This document shows positions 12,601 through 27,287 of a stretch of DNA of 64,000 nucleotides, one piece after another (the stretch's first letter is position 1; each line of letters starts with the position of its first letter). The notes beneath the pieces are model-generated. The model ran no database searches and was not told the DNA's origin. It worked only from the letters and a program-made list of their open reading frames with translations. Both the position numbers and the translations under genes were made by a program. Source of the stretch: Enoplolaimus lenunculus (Eukaryota). The stretch spans positions 682,001 through 746,000 of the forward strand of contig JASANG010003092.1 of assembly GCA_030248215.1 (NCBI GenBank), given 5' to 3'.

Positions 12601-15600
12601 TTTTAGGCAAACGCTGTCTCAGTTGTAATCAACAGACATTCAATGCGTATGCTAACGGGTAAAATATCAAGTTAAATACAGGTTGAAACTCCAGTCATAA
12701 ATCATATTTCCTTGAAAACATAAACGAAACTTTTTTATGGCAATAGCAAATATGTGAAGACTAATAAATATTCTGATGTCAACAGAATGTACCCAGTCAC
12801 ATTGTTTAAGAAATCATGTAGTCTTAGATAAACAAAACGAATCCACCGTATACAGTGTGATCCTAACGCAATTTGAAAGTTAAAAAAACTATTGACAAAA
12901 ACGCAAAACTGGAAGTGAAAAATGAAAAATCACAATAACATAACAGGCTTAAAATAGAATCCGACAGTAAATTTTGATGTTCACTGGCGGAAATAATGCG
13001 GTTAAAAATGTCTAAAATTCAAAACAGTCGCGTATACAAACGGGTATAGTAAAGTTATAATCCCTCCTAGAATTTCTCAGCAAACGAAGAATACGCCCTT
13101 TAACAGGGTTTAGAATAACATGATGAAATACAGGGATCAAAAACATTTTCTCGCTCCCTCCTGGCTCGCTGTCTCGCGAAAAATCTTTGACATGAAGTTA
13201 TACACTGCCGAAATGAAATACTGCTTACGCCCCTGAAAACTGACTATAATGTTTACAGCCTCGTTCCAGTGTTTGTACGAGCTTAGATTTAGAGCGTAAA
13301 AAATTGGTTATAAGAAACTATTTTTTTGTATATTTTTAGAGGTAAAAGTTTCTAAAAAAACAACAGTTTAGATATTACACTAACTTTTGGGGTAGTCGTC
13401 AGTTATTTTTGCATCGATAAATTTGATTAAAATAAACACAATTTTTTTTTTCAAATTTTTCATGTGTGAATTGTGAAATTAGTGCTGGCTGGTGCATTGG
13501 CGGATTTAAGGTGGTCACCCAGGCATCGCCTTCCGGTGAAGCATAGATCATAAGCCACAATTTTGGGCATATTAAAAGTTAGGGCTAAAATTGCGTTCGG
13601 TTTCTCATCGCGTGATATCTTTTGTGTTGAAATTTTTGGATCCAACGCTGTATTGGTGGATATGGGAAAAACGCAAAAATTGTAACTTCTCTAACATCAG
13701 AGATCGTATTTTCAAATGACCTTGAATAGTAGCTATCACTGGTCTGGATTCACCTAATCGGCCGTTAGCCCAAAAAACCGTCGAAGTTTGCGCTGTTTCG
13801 CGTATTTGTGCTTCTTATGACGTCCCCTGATTATTGCACAACCAAATTTGAATTTTTGACAATTAAATTTTTTTATGGTTCTAAGCTCCCGCCGTTAGGA
13901 CCGTAAATAAAGTTTCGTCAAAAAGTTCTATACGTCAGCGAAAAAGGGATACCTAACGTCAAAAAAATAAATTTTTAAAAATTTAAGCTTCAACGTGGAA
14001 TGATCAGGGAGATAGTCAGGAGCTGAAACATGCAAAAAATTTCAAATTTCGTAGATTTTTGGGTAAAGTGCGGCCGGAGCGATAATGGAAAAGTACGTTA
14101 CCAAGCCGAATAGCATCAGAATAACATTACGTCTATTTTTGTGGACAGCATTCCTTAAATACTTACAGAAGAATGTCCAGCTGTATATGTTCCTCCGTAG
14201 GGGCGTAGCAAGAATTTCATTCCGGAAAAACATAGAAACGACTTTTTAGGGTTTCAGCGAGTGACCGTAGCGAGATCTTAATGTTTTCCAAAAATAGTAA
14301 AAAAATTTATTTTAGATTTTATTTCAATAAATTTTTTATAAAAATAAGAAAGAAAATTAATTTATTCCACAACCTGCTTTTTTCGAGTCTTTTCAGAAAT
14401 TTCAGTAGATAAACATCTGTTGCCCTTTTATAATCACCTATTTTAAATATTTCATTTTGAAAGAATCTCGCTTAAAACACAAACCAACACAATCTAATGC
14501 CAATTTTATAAAATTGTGCTTCCTCAAACATTTCTTAATGTATAAAATCGTAAACAGACTAAACAAAGATTGAAGCGTTTGATCAATATATATTAATATG
14601 ATACAAGACGTGTTTTTTGAAACAATCTGTGGCCTGAACCAAACTGTGACGACTCAGGGGCGCAGCAAGAACGAAAGGCGGTTTGTTTCAGATTTTCGAA
14701 ACCAAAACATTATATCAAGATTTATTAATGCAAAATTGCGTTTAGCTTTTTGTTCGCGATCGACGCTTTTCTACATTTATGCCGGATCCACCCTATTTTG
14801 CGTTCACGCTGTGGTGTTTTGATGTTTTAAGTAGGCCACTTTTAGCAAAGTTCTATACTGCTAAATTAAACAGTTACTCGAAGAAGTGAAGAGTTTGGCA
14901 ACAAATGGCAATTAACAAAACTGTAGGCAAAATTGAAATTTTTGGTCGAAAGCAAAACGTATTACAGCAACATTTTACTATGTGTTCCATATTACTTAAA
15001 CGTTGAACCGCAGCGTGTACGCAAAATATTGTGGATCCTGTATTATATGTTGTTAAATGTTTTATACTTCCCCCGCACATGGCAAAGTTATCATCGAATC
15101 CGCTGCTGTACCCCTGCCAAGATCATAGACAGATCTGGTCTGGGATTGAGCAATAATCCCTAGCCAGTTGCGTGGACGCTGTTCAAATCAAACAAATAGA
15201 CCACCTTAACAAAGTTTACAATATGCTTTTTAAGTCAAAAATAGGTTTCGTCAAACCCACCATCGTCGTACCTTGGGTTCGGGTCCACAAGTCTAATTAT
15301 CATGAAGTTTGTCCTATTTGATCAGTTTCTCGATTTAAATCTGTCATATCAATTTGGCAGAAAAACTGACATTCGCATCCGGGTCCGGTATTAACCTACC
15401 GGATACGAGATAAAAGTCAAACGATAATTTATTTTTATGCTCCTAGAAGCCAATTATCGGATTGAAATAACAGAGCCGCGTATTAATTGCAGGACGGAGA
15501 AGACAACACTTGTTCCAAACGAAATTTCAAGACAAATGAGAAACAAAGCACTTGTACAAGATTTGGAACAATCGGTTGGATTATCGAGTTATCAAATAAA

Positions 15601-16374
15601 GGTTAAACCCTTCCAAAATGAAATGCTAATTAGTTCTATGTTTTTAATAAAATTCAAATATATCACAGTTACTTAGCTTGTACGTTGGCTAAAATTTCGG
15701 GCGTGTTTTTGGTCATGAAAGTGGCAAAAATACTGCTAAGATTTTAGTAGGTTTTCTATTTAATAAAATGATTATGTTTGACACAAGCTGGTACTGAAAG
15801 TTTACCAAAATTCACGTTTGCAACGCTGTTTTAAAAGAACATTATTAACAATAAATGTTTTTGATACGATTTTGATTTGCCTATGACTAAAGAAAGCAAG
15901 TTTTTACTATAGTTGGTACACTAATCTATTTTAAATATTGCAGAAGCAGTTTGAACTGACCGAGGGGCGGTCTACTTTTATTACCATTGCCTAGGAAAGT
16001 TAGTATAAAACTTTACTTCGGTCACTTTCAGTACAATTCCATGATGGCTCGAGACTAAAGTGTAGAGCTTGCTTAAATCATTGTAGCGTAAAATGTACCA
16101 GTTCGCGTTGCGTTTTTGCACAAGAGTAGAGTATGGAAGTTACGAAGTTTACTGTGGTACACCAAAAGCGGAGAAAGCGAAGGTACGGGGGGTGCGGTTG
16201 CTGCGAAGATTTCATTTCGGGTGGGATAACGCCATTTTTACAGATTCTGAAACCCAGCAGATTATTCTAAATCAGCTACCCTCATTTCTTTGCTTATTAT
16301 TTACAGCAATTTCAGAGAAGAATATAATCGTTTATCTCGCTCCATGCGTACGCACGTTTGGGTTTTTGACTTAC

Positions 16375-16575
16375 CCTGGCCTTAGGATCACGGCGTCTTG
16401 CCCAAATTGATGCTTGGTAGGACGTGGATCACAGTCGACGCCTTTTGTACCATTTGACAAATAGCTCTGATGGGACATGTTGGCGTAGTCAGGACGATAA
16501 GCGACGGATAATGAAGCTTGGGGTCGAGTATATTCAACAGTATCGAGTGGACTAATAAAGCTTAATGATGCTGGC
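16375..16575 (-). CDS. Shroom: Shroom internal exon (PASLSFISPLDTVEYTRP...DYANM...VILRPG)
   Basis: Acceptor tttggtttcag|G (16576), donor AGG|gtaagt (16374). 201 nt, open in the phase 2-2 frame needed to join exon 5808. Confidence 0.75.
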
Positions 16576-17201
16576 CTGAAACCAAATTAAATATATGAAA
16601 GTGATCCAGACGTTATATTTGCTGGTTGTGTAAAGACTTTGGCATAAAATAACAAATATGAGGTAAAAAAATTTCGGCTCTTGTATACTTCCCCCCCCCC
16701 CCCCGCATTTTTACACTTTAATTGAAGATTAGACTTTAAGATAAATGTTTATTGTGAGTTAGATTTATTTTGGCTCTTGTGCACTGTCATCCACGCATTT
16801 TACGCTTAGGCTTACCCTTGGGCTTTCAGATTTAAAGAAAGAAATCTACTGAAGACTTTCCCCAAGCCATTGCGTAAGCATTAGCGTTAAACGTAGCGGA
16901 AATGTACAAGACGCCAAATGTCGACCATAAACGTTGTAACAAATATAATAATTACATGGCTAAAAGAAAACATTTTGAAACGATGAAAATGTTGAAACTG
17001 CTCAAGTTGTTTAATCCGAATCTTTACCCGCGTGATACAAATCTTTACCTGTGGGTATACCCGTGGTTAAAATTTTTCACCCGACCCGCGTTTACTTGCG
17101 AGTACCCACACGGGTTCCAGCGGGTAAAAGTCGCACTCTGCGGTGCTGTACTGGTGTCCTTAGGACATGTAGATTTTGAATCATTTTTAGTGTAAATATT
17201 T

Positions 17202-17349
17202 TAAATATTTAGAATTTTGAAAACATACGGCAAACTGGTATTGCTTAGCTGTTGTGCGTTACATTTATAGCTTAATTATAAATATTTAGAATTTTGAAAA
17301 CATACGGCAAACTGGTATTGCTTAGCTGTTGTGCGTTACATTTATAGCT
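17202..17349. repeat. Tandem duplication, period 77 bp
   Basis: taaatatttagaattttgaaaacatacggcaaactgg...tttatagct occurs twice. Confidence 0.95.
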
Positions 17350-18799
17350 GCCACGGTTCAGTCAAAGATCAATTATAAGTGTTGATAGATGTATTGTAGC
17401 TGCCACATATTCTAACGAATATGACCCTGGTTCGTATAATTTGTTTTCTTAGCAAACATTGTATAAGCTTCAACGGCTATATTACTGCTTAGCGTTTGAT
17501 TCGAAAAATCTTATGGCTATGAAAAAGTTAGTTTCGTGCCATAGAATTAATGATGAATTAAAAATAAATAAACGTAAGGTTAAGTCACGTTTAAATTTGT
17601 TTTTTGGACTCATCTTTCAAACTATGCTTCACCATTGTCAATATTTATTGTAAATAAAGAATTATGGAAGAAACCAAGAACCTAAAGTAAAAGCAACAAA
17701 ACCGTTATTACTCAATTACCAAACTATATAGTTTCACTTCAATGGTCACGTTTGAAAACAATTACCAAAACAGCTGGCCTTATGGGCGGAACCAGTAGGG
17801 TCACAACATTGCAGAGTTAATTTATCTAATGAATGTGTTAGCTGAGACAAAATAATTTACATTCAAAAAAAGCCGACAGCGAGGCCAAGCGGAGGATACT
17901 TGCAACAAAAGTGGATATGATCACTCTTGAACAAGAGTGTGCAACTCACAGACTTCGCGTTACACAAAATGTACCACCGTGCGTTTCGTTTTCGCTATAC
18001 CCCTCTTATTTAGCGGAGTCGATGTGACATAGTATAATATACCTGAAATTTCCAGATTATATACAGAGAACTTTTTGGCCATTAGCATAATATGTATTGC
18101 CCAACTCCCTAAGTAAGACGGGTAGGCCAAAAACGTAACGTCCGCTGGGTAAATTTTTTTGTACACAGAATATACTCAGTTGCACACTCTTGGAGAATCC
18201 ACTCTTGGTTTCAACGGACTTAAAGAGTTGGTGTGACCCAGTCGAAAATCAAAATTCTGGCTTACATACATGTGTACCGGCGGTATGCGGTGTCATGTTT
18301 AATATCCTTAACCGATAACATTTCAATTATGTTACTCCGTTCACCAGAGTAAAGAAATCTAATATGCAATCTTGTAGTTTTAATATAGAAAATTTAGTCG
18401 CGTAGCAACGAACTCTGGATTTATTCAATAATAACATAACAGTGCGGTTCTAAACGTAGCGTACCAGGCAATATGTAATTATTTTTCTGCTGGCAAATTA
18501 TGCCGTAAAGCAATTCGGCTTTCTTTGATATATCAATGCCAAGAGCCAGTGGAAATTCCAGTGAACCGACTGTAAATTCAGAATGAGTTGAACCGCTGAG
18601 TCTAAATTAGGTTTTCAAGAACTAACGCAATTTGAATTGGTTGAAGTCATTTTGAGTTAATTAACTCTCCCGAAATTAAATCAACTTCTCAGAGTGAGTT
18701 AATGTTTGCTGTTATTAATTTAGACATAACTAGAAATGACTATTAAGTTGTTCTCTGAGTTGATTAATTAACTCACTGAAATTTACAATGAGCTACTGT

Positions 18800-18990
18800 T
18801 AAGGTCTTACCTCTATTTACTAATTAGGTGGAGAAAGGCCTTGTAATGGGCAGTGAAAATTTTTAAAGCCTACTACGGAAAGAGAAGTTCTGATTGGAAG
18901 ACTACAAGACAAACTAGAGGGGAATGGAGACGTACACTAGCAATCAGGAAACATTTAGTGAAAGCAAATAAACTCCCTCCGCAATAAGTC
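18800..18990 (+). mobile_element. Possible decayed 3' fragment of an RTE-type LINE ORF
   Basis: Manual translation gives ...SDWKTTRQTRGEWRR..., resembling the W-x3-A-x-DR-x2-WR C-terminal motif of RTE-clade ORFs; an in-frame stop is present. Confidence 0.3.
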
Positions 18991-19213
18991 AAATTAATAA
19001 AATGGACATCCGCATAAGGGTCAAATAGGTGGCCTACACTATTTGATACACACCAAATAGCATGAAACTGTGGCATGTTTTGATACGATTTTCACCGCTT
19101 GCGAGAAATTTGTTTTCTTCATATTTCAAAATCATTGGGCAAGTGATAATTTGAAATCATTTAGTAACGACGACAACAACTCGTAATGCCATTTACAGCC
19201 GGTTAGAAATTAG

Positions 19214-19416
19214 GGCCCATGTAAATTCAGGAGCGGTACGTTTTTCAGGGTACTGCAAAAGAATAAGCTTTAAGCTTTAGCCTATTTTTTGCTAGGCTTG
19301 GGCTTAGGTTTTAGCTTAGGCTTAGGTCTGAGCTCATTTTAGCGCTTAGGCTTAGGCAGGCTTAAGCTTACGAATATGTTTAGGCTACTGTTACTCCTTT
19401 CTTCTATACATTGGCC
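19214..19416. mobile_element. MITE family A (TIR GGCCCATGTA...TACATTGGCC) with degenerate TTAGGC repeats inside
   Basis: TIRs visible and interior shared with copies at about 60-170 (partial), 27460-27630, 32116-32257, 40666-40872, 51894-52079, 57036-57465, 59750-59862 and 63682-63870. Confidence 0.8.
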
Positions 19417-20557
19417 GAAATTATTCACACCGATTTATGAAGAACTCAACAAATCGAATATGGTAGGTTGTGGTCGAGGGCAGCGGTTAGTGGACTGCGT
19501 GTGTGCCGGGTCCTCGTTGTTCAACTTGGGCGCCCTGTTGCTGCTAAATCCCATGTTTTCTGGATAACGACGGAATAGGCTCAGTAGTACCTTTTATTTA
19601 ACATGATAGTATTGGGACATCTTGTCCTACAAACCTCGAGATTCAGGCTTTACTCTCAAATGCGTATAGCATATAACAGACTATTTATGAACACTGAAAT
19701 TTGTGAGATTTTTCCGTCAATTCGAAAATCGCTCAGCGAAATTGGTCATAAAATAAGCTAAGCAGAAGTGCATTTCTGACAAGAAGGGGCGGGCTGACAA
19801 ATGTTATGAAACGCAAAAATTGTAAGGTAGGAACCATATCATTTTATCACCAAAAAATAAGACATAAAATTGTAAGGTACCTTACCATTTTATTACTAAA
19901 AATTCGACGATGGGGCAGCGTACGCCCCACCCCTACCCCCCTCCAGATCCTCTACTGACTGCAAAGCGTGCTTTACGGTGAAGTGGGCACTGTTTTCCGC
20001 ACTAAAATCTGTGCCCTCAAGCTGAAACTTTTCTCTAGATCATTAAACGAATTCTACGCTAGAAAAATTTGCCTTATCTCCTACAGAAATGCTGTCACCC
20101 CTTATACTTGTAGCCCATGCTTACGGAGCCAACGGTTTACTATCACTCGGCCAACAGCTCGTTCGGTCAACATTTAATTATTTCAACTTTCGGTAGTATA
20201 TATTTACGCAGGGATTACTCAATACGCAGGGTGTACGCAATAGTTTAACTGGTGAGCGAAATTTTTTTGACCTGTATCAATCCAGTAGGTTGTTCAGCCA
20301 CCTCTATGCTTTTTACCCGTTTGTTCAAAAATTTCACGTCCGTTAGTATCCTTTGCCTCCTTTTTTGAATGAAATTAATTCACGTCAAATTTAAGACTGC
20401 TGGTCACGGAATGCAGGCCTGACACGTTTACCTTATTCATCGGTCTCACTTTAACTTCACAAATCCTCATTTTTTCTACTATTAAGCCGTATCCATCACA
20501 ATTTAGAATGACTCATGCGAAAAATGCACACTATAAAGGAGCATTTATGTATGACAA

Positions 20558-20743
20558 TCAATGGCGGATCCACGGGGGGGGCCACCCCGGCCGTGGCCCC
20601 CAACAGCATCTCGACAAAAATTATATTGGGACTCAAAATGGGGACCCCCTTTTATTTCGGTCACTACAGCATGGGTCAAAAATAAGTTTATTACCTGTGA
20701 AATTTTGCCCCCCCCCCATTTTGAGATCATGGATCCACCACTG
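20558..20743. mobile_element. Short MITE family E (TIR CA(G/A)TGGCGGATCC)
   Basis: caatggcggatcc...ggatccaccactg. An inverted relative at 6901-7255 shares tttcacaggtaataaactt and the G/C-run ends. Confidence 0.7.
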
Positions 20744-21036
20744 ATGACAATATACACCAAAACAGAGACGTCCGCAAAAAATTTATATTTGCGGGAACAC
20801 TGAATAATTTTTTTGGGGGGCACTACAATTGTAATTCAAAATTGTTTACTTTAAGACCGAATCTATTTGGGGGGGGGCAGCCGCAAAATTTCGGGGGCAC
20901 GACCCGCAGTGCCCCCGTGGTGACGGTCTTGCACCAAAATAAAATAAATTGTGATGAATGTAACCTCTAATACTCAAAAATTAGTAAATACTGAATGGCA
21001 ATGCGCAAACACTGAAGCTTTCAAAGCAAAACAACG

Positions 21037-21219
21037 GGCTCATGTACACTTTCCGGTAACATTTACGCTTAGGCTTAGGCTTAGGCTAAGACTTTTAGAA
21101 CAAGATTTATCTATGTCTAAGCCTAAAAGTGTTTGCCTATATCTTACCGTAATCGTAAGCTTAAATCAGAGTCCAAGCCAAAGACTTAACCCTAAACGTT
21201 TGGGATGTGTACAAGACTC
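21037..21219. mobile_element. MITE subfamily F (TIR GGCTC(T/A)TGTACAC...GTGTACAAGA) with TTAGGC-like core
   Basis: TIRs visible with gcttaggcttaggcttaggc inside. Relatives at 7756-8037, 16772-16914, 23421-23566 and a left end at 33340. Confidence 0.7.
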
Positions 21220-24200
21220 AAACAATGTATAAATATATTGCCAAGTGGTGCCTTTCAGGGCCGGAGTAGCCACACCCCTTACTCCTCATTTTGTGGGGCG
21301 CACTCCTATAAAGGGGCCCCACTCCTAAACGAGATTTACCCTATCAGTTTGAAACAAAAACTGCCGAAGTGTTACAATGAATCTGGCTTCTTGCTCGCTG
21401 CGCTCGCGAGTTTGGGGCCCCACCCTGGAGTATGGTGGGAGGCTCCACCTTTGCCTGGTCCGGCACTGATGCTTTCGGAAATGGTTTGGACCTATCAAAT
21501 ATAGTGTTATATCTACGGGCCTGAAACTGGTTACACTCAAAGTTATCAAGTTTAAAAAGTTAATATTTAATTCCCAAACCGGCAACCAAGTAACAGCGCT
21601 GGAGCATGCTAGGGTGTGGCAAAGCAAAAATTCCGGGGTGGGTGCCCCATGCGATGATCAAAATAGTTTTCAAATTGATTGTATAAAATCTTGTTAGGGT
21701 GGGGCCCGTTTTGAGATGGGACCCCCAAATAGGGGGTATGGGGGGGTGGCTGCTCCGGTACAACTAAGTGATTGATCATTGAAATCGGTGATAGCCAGTC
21801 AAAAAACATACTGACTACAATTTTAAACCCAAAATAATTTATTTTCTTTCAAGTTTTAAATCCAAATTTAAAATAGTCGACAGGAAACACCAAACAAATG
21901 AAGTCATATACAGGCATACAGTCAAGTTTTTACCATATGAGTACAATATTAAACGAAATCACCGCCCGATCTAAAACGGGACATACCCTGCTATGCCTCC
22001 CCAATAGGAATCAAAACCAAAAAATTCGGTTAAGAATTAGTACTAAAAATTTGATGTGCCGGACTTTTCGCTGGTTTCCCTGGCGAGTTTTTTTCGTTAT
22101 TAAAACGTACACCCTCAGAAAGTAGTTTTTGGATCCGCTGCTGACTGGAATGCGCGTATACCACACGCTGTCGTCATGCACATTATTCATTGCTTTGTTT
22201 GCGGTTATTGAATAAAAAAATTAAAATTTCAAAACTCCACCCGCCCCCCCCCCGTGCGCAACTCACTGCAATGTATCTCAGACAACAACTGGAGAACAGA
22301 AAAAGCGTCGGTTTATTGAACAATTTTTGCGGACAAACATTTTGGCCTCGGAATTAAATATGAGGCAATATTCAATGCATAAAGCAAGAATATACTTTTA
22401 GTATGACAATATTTCTTGCTCAGGTAACTCAGCAAGCTAGGGTATAATCAGGAGGGTTCAGCGGCTAAACCCCCATCGTCAGGTTTTGTCCAGGCGAATG
22501 AGCTCAAATTTGACTCGAATTTTTTAATATCGAATATGACTCCCCCCTTCCATTCAAAATCTTACGTACCTGAGACACGATACTTCAACGTTGAGGAAAT
22601 ATTCTGTAATATATACACCACGTTATGTTCAGTTGCCTCAAAAAATAGATTGCCCTGTGTTAAGGGTTATATATTTAGCGCAACCCTCCCCGCTTGTTTT
22701 CTCTTGAACTTAATATTTATTCATAAAGCAATTCTATATACTTCCGTGTTATTAACATGAGTTTTTGCATCCGAGGGTGATTGAACAATCGGGGTAATAC
22801 TACGACGATTTTCAAGGACAAATTAATGCGTGTTTGAGGTATAATTTATGGGAAAATAAATTTTTTGTTGCGTTTCAAAAATATTCAAAATTTGAATTGA
22901 ACGAAAGCAAAGTGATCATTATAGACAGTAAATTGCAGCGGTGTATATGACTTAATTGTGGTCAAGGTCAAATTTAACCAGACTTAGGCTCAGGGCAGGA
23001 CCAGCCAGCCGCAATATACCCCCATTTGGGTGGCCCATACCTAAAGGGGTTCCAACTTTCACAGGTTGAAACAAAACCGCTAAAGTTTTAAAATGCGTCT
23101 GGTTTGGTGTTCCTTTCGCTCGTGAGTTTGTGGGCTCCCACCATGAAGTTTAAAGGGGCCCACACCCCTGTTTGCTCCGGCACTGCTTGGGCTCTTATAC
23201 ACTTCTCACTAACAAATCGAAAGGAGGGGCATACGCCCTCCGTGTAAAATTGTTTTTGTTATTTAATAGTATCTTGTCGACTTTGCAACTTCCCTCTTCC
23301 TCTTTTATAGACCCACCAGAAACCTGGACGCCCCTTAAAGTAACATGGGCCCAGCGTGCGGTAAAAAATGCGTTTCATACCTGACAGCCCGACCTCCTTA
23401 TCAGAAATTTCTGGATCCACTGTTGTACACTTCGTAAAATGTTAAATTTAAGACGGCTTAGAAAACGGTTTAAAGAAAGGCTTAGGCTAAAACTTACGCT
23501 TCTAAACCCGGTTTCAACCTAAGACTGAACTTAAGCCTATGGAGGTAAGCGGCGTACAATGAGTCCAACGGTGTAACCAGTGTAAGCAGACGCGAAAAAT
23601 TATCAGAAGCTGTTCAAATAGAAGCTAAAGGCACGTGAAACAAAAGCGAACATTATATTTAGAAACGCTAACGTCAACATTGTAAATTTGCATTGTTTTG
23701 TTCGATAAATCGCACTGGTAAACCCAATCCGTTTCGTAACCTTAGACCATACGCAAATCAAACTCCAAAACCTAAGCATTAATATAATAGAACGCATTCA
23801 ATTTAGGCTATATATGCTTACATAGCTAAGCATCATAGGCTTTAGTCAGCTCAATATTTCAACGCGGAGGGGGGGGGTAAAATAATTTTACGATGGCCGA
23901 GGGAGAAATTCGAGCGACTTTACAAGTGGAAATGCTATTATGGAGTTGACGTGTTGCATGACGGTTTTTTAAGCTGGGCCGAGCACCTTCTAGCAACTCT
24001 CCGGCCGCAGGTTTCGTCGCAGCATTAAGCATCGTTGGGGTTCAAACGCAAATTGAAATTTGACACTCCAGCTCGCCGAATAGCATAGAATCGGAGTTGT
24101 TTTAATTAAAATATGAACAAATATACGCTTCGTGCAAAACGGTTGTGTGGATGCGAAAGGGTTATGTTACAATCATGGGCGCACCGATAGCAAGCTAAAT

Positions 24201-26186
24201 ATTTTTCAAGAGGGTCATACAAGGGTTTCCAATGAATTACAAGCAAGGTTGAAAATTTTCTAAAAAGCCACATTTTTTTCAGGTGGTTAAGCATGAGCAT
24301 CCATGGCATCCCTTGGCTGTGGGACCACGGTAAGGAGAGCAAAGGCTCTGGTTTTATTGAAACCGTATTCGTTTCTGTAAAATAACGACACTGCCTAGTT
24401 GAATGAATTGCTAATTTTATCTTCCAAATAATATTTAAGCAGTTTACGGTGAAGGTTTGAACTAAATTTCTTGGTGCCACCGGCAGATCCAGGAAGCCAC
24501 CACGGCCTGGCCCCCATCCCTTACAGAGATCGAAATTAAAATTTTTGTATTAATACAGTTTAGCAGTAAAATGCCGTCTGGATTCTGGCTTGGTTCTCTC
24601 TCTCGAGTTTTTTCCACTATATCTCACACTGCCTTCCTTTCAGAAATTTTTGAATCCGTATATGGCTTGGTGCGTCACTGAGCATAACATCTGTGAAGTT
24701 GACACTAGTAACTTTGTGAATCGCTTCGTTTAACGCTAGAACATGGAGTTGGACTTATGCTCATTCAGCTCACCGAGGGAGTCGCCTACAGAGCCCCCCG
24801 CTCGCCATAAACAATGCTTAATTTTGTCAAAAAAATTTGCATTATGCTACAGATTCGATGCTGTTAACACCTATATAGGTTTCGAAATGACCATTATTTG
24901 ATTTGATTTATTTGAACGAATGAAACCATTCGCTGGGCCAATCGGATTGACTATAACTAAAGTCTAAACCTAAGTCTAAGCAACAAAAACTTAATTTAAA
25001 GCTCAAAACCGGTACGCTCGTGGCTTGTCACAGTAACATGCGTCTAGTAATCCTGGATAAAAGATTAAAAGTTATAATGCATCAGCTAATGATATATCCG
25101 CTAATGAAGTGTGTTTCAGCAGACAAATGCCCAAAATAATTTATTATGGAATATTACATGTTATGCGGTACAAAGATGGAAGTACACGATGCGTCTCTAT
25201 GCTGCGGTGCAGAGCGCAACAGATTCAGCCAGTATGGCACAAGGCTGTCCCATACGAGGCCAACACTCACAAAACGTATTTCTGTCGGTGGTTTTAATTT
25301 TTTATCTCCAAAACATACAGAAGTGTTTCCGGTAGATCCACTACCTGGAAATTGTATGGTTTATCGAGTTTTTCTGGCTTCGCCGCTTGCTGATTCAGTG
25401 AACAATTGTACAAAGTATTAAAGTAAATGTCGTTCGAATGTTTAATTCATTCAAAATGAAACGTTTCTTACCAAACTTAATAATAAAAACTAATGATTTC
25501 AACGGTTTCAACACTATATTAGCAAACGGGTCAATGTTACTTTTAGGGCCGTAACAGTAGATTAAGCATATTCTATTAAAGTCTAAGATTAAGCCTAAGC
25601 CTAATCGTTGTAAAAGCGTATTCCCAAGCCTAAACCTAAGATTGAGCCTAAGTCTAGGCTATAAATGTAGCCTAGAATGTAAGTCTACTCTTTTACAGAC
25701 CCACCAGAAACCGGGACGGCCCTAAAAGTATTAACATGGGCCAGCAAACGTGCCGCTTGCTCAATATATTATACATTTATATATTTATTTATATATAAAT
25801 ATATATATTTTATATATATATTTATATACATACATATATCTAGATATTATATATAAATATATATCCATATATATGTATATATACATATATACATATGCCG
25901 CGATTGTTAATATTAATTAAGAGCTATAAACAAGCGTAAAATTCTAATGCTAATAAATGTAAGCTGCCCAATTGTGTTGTTCGTGAGACCATATACTCAT
26001 AAATTATTCATTTTTTACTTTGACCATGGGCTGGGTTTTGGGTAATATATATTCAAGGGCCAATGGATAGAGCAGCTCATGAACTCGAAGGGTTTTGAAG
26101 GGCCAATGTATACAGAAGATCATGAACTCGAAGGGTTTTGTGCATTTTAGATCACGCTTGGATCGTGGCTTAGACTTAGGTTTATG

Positions 26187-26434
26187 CACTGTAAATTCCA
26201 ATGAGTTGATTAATCAATTCAGCTAGCGAGTTGGTTATTTCTGAATAAATATCAGTAAACATTAACTCACTCTGAGTTGAGTTGATTCTCACTCTCAGTT
26301 GAGTTGACTCTGGGAGAGTTGATTAATTCAGAATGAGCTGAATCAGCTCAAAATTCTGAGTTCTGACAGTCCTAACTCAGACTGAGTGATTTAACTCATT
26401 CTGAGTTAAAACCAACTCACTGAAATTTACAGTG
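26187..26434. mobile_element. CMC/EnSpm-like MITE (family B, about 250 bp, TIR CACTGTAAATT)
   Basis: CACTG...CAGTG ends, 2-bp TG flanking duplication, many subterminal GAGTTGA/TCAACTC motifs. Superfamily is inferred from the ends only. Confidence 0.8.
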
Positions 26435-27034
26435 TGGTTAGTCTTAATTTTGCAGATTTTATTCGGGAGTCGGAACCTGTTTTATACATAGCTCGTTCTA
26501 AGAGCGTATGTATTAAAAGATGTTAAATGTTTGGCATTAAATAGAAACTGAAACTTAGCATGACACCAGGCCATCTCACCTTTTTAGGGGGGTGCTAAAA
26601 AATTTTCAGTAAAGGCATACCACGGTTTTCAATAACTTACACGCAAGGTTGAAAATTTTCTAGGAGGTAGAAAATCTTTCCAGGGTGTAGTGAGCACCCT
26701 TCCATTTGCTATTACGGTCTCGGTACGACATCTGTAGACGCTTAATATAGCAATCCGTTCACTACGAAGTTTTTCGTGCAATTTTAAACTCGTAATGCTC
26801 TGGTCGACACGAAATTTTCAACTGCTGCTTATCGACTGATGTATAAATTTGGTTTGAAAACTTTTTCAATTCAAAAATTGTCGCCAAAACTTGAATTTTG
26901 TAGGTATTTTTTGATGAATTGCGTTTGTCTTATACAGCAATATCGACAAATATGCTGCCTCATGCACCGAAGTTCATCTGATGTAAACACAGTATTAATA
27001 TTCAATTAAGAAAGGTTTAGTATTACAGATCATA

Positions 27035-27287
27035 CACTGTAAATTTCAGTGAGTTGATTTTAACTCAGAATGAGTTGAATCACTCAGTCTGAGTTAGGAC
27101 TTTCAGAACGCAGAAATTTGAGTTGATTCAATTCATTCTGAGTTACTTCATCAACGCACCCAGAGTCAACTCAACTCCAGAGTGAGCATAAACTCAACTC
27201 AGAGCGAGTTAACGTTTACTGATATTAATTCAGAAATAACCGACACGCTAGCTGAATTGATTAATCAACTCATTGGAATTTACAGTG
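27035..27287. mobile_element. Family B MITE copy, inverted relative to 26187-26434
   Basis: ta|cactgtaaatttcagtgag...ggaatttacagtg|ta. Confidence 0.85.
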
